From an uncultured bacterium (GTDB lineage: Bacteria; JAGOEH01; CAYLKS01): DNA of 64,000 bases. The stretch spans positions 3,567 to 67,566 of the forward strand of contig CAYLKS010000005.1 in NCBI GenBank assembly GCA_964384205.1, written 5' to 3'. The translations under genes were made by a program, and so were the position numbers. Under the pieces are notes generated by a model. It was not told the origin of the DNA. It made no database searches and saw only the letters and a program-made list of their open reading frames with translations. The stretch's first letter is position 1; every line of letters begins with the position of its first letter. Shown piece after piece: positions 62,901 through 64,000 of the stretch.

Positions 62901-63170
62901 AGCACTTTGTCCTCCAAATCCCAAAAATATACTGTCAGGCTTTTCCTTTTCAATAACCTTTTCTACAAAATCATCCTCAATAGGCAAAAAATATACTTTA
63001 TCTGCAAATTTCTCCCCTGTTTGCACAGTGGCAATATTGGGATTAATCAATACAACTTCAATATTCTCCTCTTTTAATGCTTTTATCGCTTGAGAACCAG
63101 AATAATCAAATTCACCTGCCTGTCCAATCTTTATAGCACCAGAACCCAATACTAATACTTTATTTATCAT
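59988..63170 (-). CDS. carB: carbamoyl-phosphate synthase large subunit
   Basis: 1060 aa with two ATP-grasp halves, an oligomerisation domain and a C-terminal MGS-like domain. Confidence 0.95.
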   Translation of the reverse strand: MINKVLVLGSGAIKIGQAGEFDYSGSQAIKALKEENIEVVLINPNIATVQTGEKFADKVYFLPIEDDFVEKVIEKEKPDSIFLGFGGQSALNVGVSLYKKGILDKYNVEVLGTPIKSIEITEDRELFKKHLDGLGLKYPNSYAVDNLDDAIAAAEKIGFPVMVRVAFALGGLGSGVVANMEEFISMVKKAFASSKQILVEEYLEGWKEIEFEVVRDKDDNCITVCSMENFDPMGIHTGESIVVAPIQTLYAEEYFKLRSIAIKTIRSLGIVGECNIQYAYDVHSDDYRIIEVNARLSRSSALASKATGYPLAFVAAKLGLGYNLENIKNSVTKKTSAFFEPALDYVVVKFPRWDLQKFKRVSNVLGSEMKSVGEVMAIGRSFEEAIQKSIRMLDIGVAGLQSDVFDFDDIDNELQNPTDKRIFAIAKALKNGYSVDKICELTKINSWFINKINNIVSLEKYIENKTIEDLNFDILLELKRKGFSDKQIANLIDNNEIEVREKRKKLGIIPYVKQIDTLAGEVPANTNYLYMTYNASFHDISNNKRNQVIVLGGGPYRIGSSVEFDWCSVSSIFTLNELGYKSIIINCNPETVSTDYDIAHKLYFEELTYERVMDIYELEIPKGIIISMGGQTANNLAIPLSKSGVNILGTPAESVDRAEDRHKFSKMLDDLGIDQPEWQELSNLEAAKEFARRVGYPVLIRPSYVLSGAAMSIALNENELIEYLKKASDISSEHPVVISKFITGAKEIEVDAVAENGELKLYAISEHVENAGVHSGDATIVFPPQRLYFETIKRIRKITKKIASSLSITGPFNIQFIAKDNYIKVIECNLRASRSFPFVSKIAKINFIDVATKLMVGYNVGDINFSLFDIDFVGVKAPQFSFKRLKGSDPIIGVEMASTGEVGCIGDDFYEAFLKSLISVGYTIPKKAVLLSTGPLESKAMFLESSKLIQELGFKIYATCGTADFLKQNGIDVEILHWPLDKKEPNVLTYLTNGKIDLVINIPKNYEKEELDNDYIIRRTAVDYNVPLITNLQFGKRFIESIYFQKYKNLKIKNWQEYVM

Positions 63171-64000
63171 AATGCCCTCCCAAACATATCAAACACAAAT
63201 GTCGTATCATCAGGTCCCGGTGAAGCTTCTGGATGAAACTGAGTTGCAAAAAACGGTTTTGAAACATGAATTATACCCTCATTTGTATTATCATTCAAAT
63301 TATAAAACCATATACGCCAGTCTTCTCCAAGAGAAGAGGAATTAATAGCATAACCATGATTCTGAGATGTTATAAAATTTCTTATAGTCCCACTTTCTCT
63401 ACACGGCTGATTATGTCCTCTGTGACCATATTTCATCTTATATGTTTTTGCTCCTGTGGCCAAAGCCATAATCTGCGAACCAAAACAAATACCAAAAGTC
63501 GGTTTATTTAATTCCAATAATTTTCTTGTATTCTCTATTGTTTCTACTGCTCTTATAGGATTGCCAGGACCATTAGATATTAGATAACCATCTGCTTGCT
63601 CCTTATAAAACTCCCAATTCCAGGGAACCCGTATTACTGTAATATCTCTTTTCAAAAGTTCTCTAATAATATTATTTTTCGTACCACAATCAATCAACAC
63701 TACTTTTTTCTTCCCTTTCTTATATACAATAGGCTCTTTTATACTAACTTCTTTCACAAGGTTATCCTTATCTGGATCATAAAAATCAATATATTGATCA
63801 TCAAATACAATTTTTGCAAGCATCACACCTTTTTCTCTTAACTTAATAGCCAATGCTCTTGTATCAATACCACTTATTGCTGGGATTTTCTCTTCTGTTA
63901 ACCACTGAGACAAAGATTTTTCTGATGCCCAATGATGATACATTTCAGAATAATCAGATACAATCAACCCCGTCAAATGTATTCTATCAGATTCAAAATA
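63167..64000 (-). CDS. carA: carbamoyl-phosphate synthase small subunit (N-terminal part lies outside the window)
   Basis: Carries the class-I GATase catalytic Cys (GICFGSQIM) and HPE. Overlaps carB by 4 nt. The ORF continues past position 63976 to the window end. Confidence 0.9.
   Translation of the reverse strand, partial: YFESDRIHLTGLIVSDYSEMYHHWASEKSLSQWLTEEKIPAISGIDTRALAIKLREKGVMLAKIVFDDQYIDFYDPDKDNLVKEVSIKEPIVYKKGKKKVVLIDCGTKNNIIRELLKRDITVIRVPWNWEFYKEQADGYLISNGPGNPIRAVETIENTRKLLELNKPTFGICFGSQIMALATGAKTYKMKYGHRGHNQPCRESGTIRNFITSQNHGYAINSSSLGEDWRIWFYNLNDNTNEGIIHVSKPFFATQFHPEASPGPDDTTFVFDMFGRAL

Overview
The window is a strongly AT-rich, tightly packed bacterial chromosomal segment consisting almost entirely of core housekeeping genes. 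GC is roughly 30% by eye (not computed). Neighbouring genes often overlap by 4-30 nt. No transposases, integrases, phage genes or CRISPR arrays were seen. The recognisable blocks are: dnaX-ybaB-recR and pgsA-pgpA (+); a complete his operon (hisH-hisF-hisA/IE-hisD-hisG-hisC-hisB, -) read divergently from a TetR gene; a CarbopepD/TonB-dependent-receptor-like outer-membrane protein; a six-gene minus-strand run (HD-GYP response regulator, NfeD, SPFH/stomatin, U32 Fe-S peptidase-like protein, a 580-aa N/Y/F-rich putative beta-barrel protein, B12-binding radical SAM enzyme); a POT-family transporter; bactofilin-purN and a small Zn-ribbon gene; gap-pgk-tpiA-secG-tRNA-Leu followed by a GH18 chitinase with a T9SS C-terminal sorting domain; lptF/G-xseA-folD-ymdB-rny (-); a structured ncRNA candidate next to zapA; thrS-infC(AUU start)-rpmI-rplT-pheS-pheT (-); a Cys-type sulfatase with a Tat signal; an MFS gene with tRNA-Glu on the opposite strand; yajC-def-fmt (-); a PEBP protein, a secreted C1 peptidase and a Nudix CoA pyrophosphatase; a UPF0173 MBL hydrolase; uvrB; a REC-GGDEF gene coupled to a 1324-aa dCache/PAS hybrid histidine kinase with REC and HPt domains; a transglutaminase-like/TPR membrane protein; tRNA-His; and carB-carA (-). 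The T9SS C-terminal domain places the organism in an FCB-group-like lineage. Its promoters look like sigma70 consensus (TTGACA/TATAAT) rather than the Bacteroidetes type. The most unusual items are the tightly overlapping HD-GYP–NfeD–SPFH–U32–beta-barrel–B12-rSAM operon, an A10 slippery run in dnaX, a tri-functional HisA-HisIE fusion, the structured RNA in the zapA-rny gap, and the c-di-GMP signalling module around the giant hybrid kinase.
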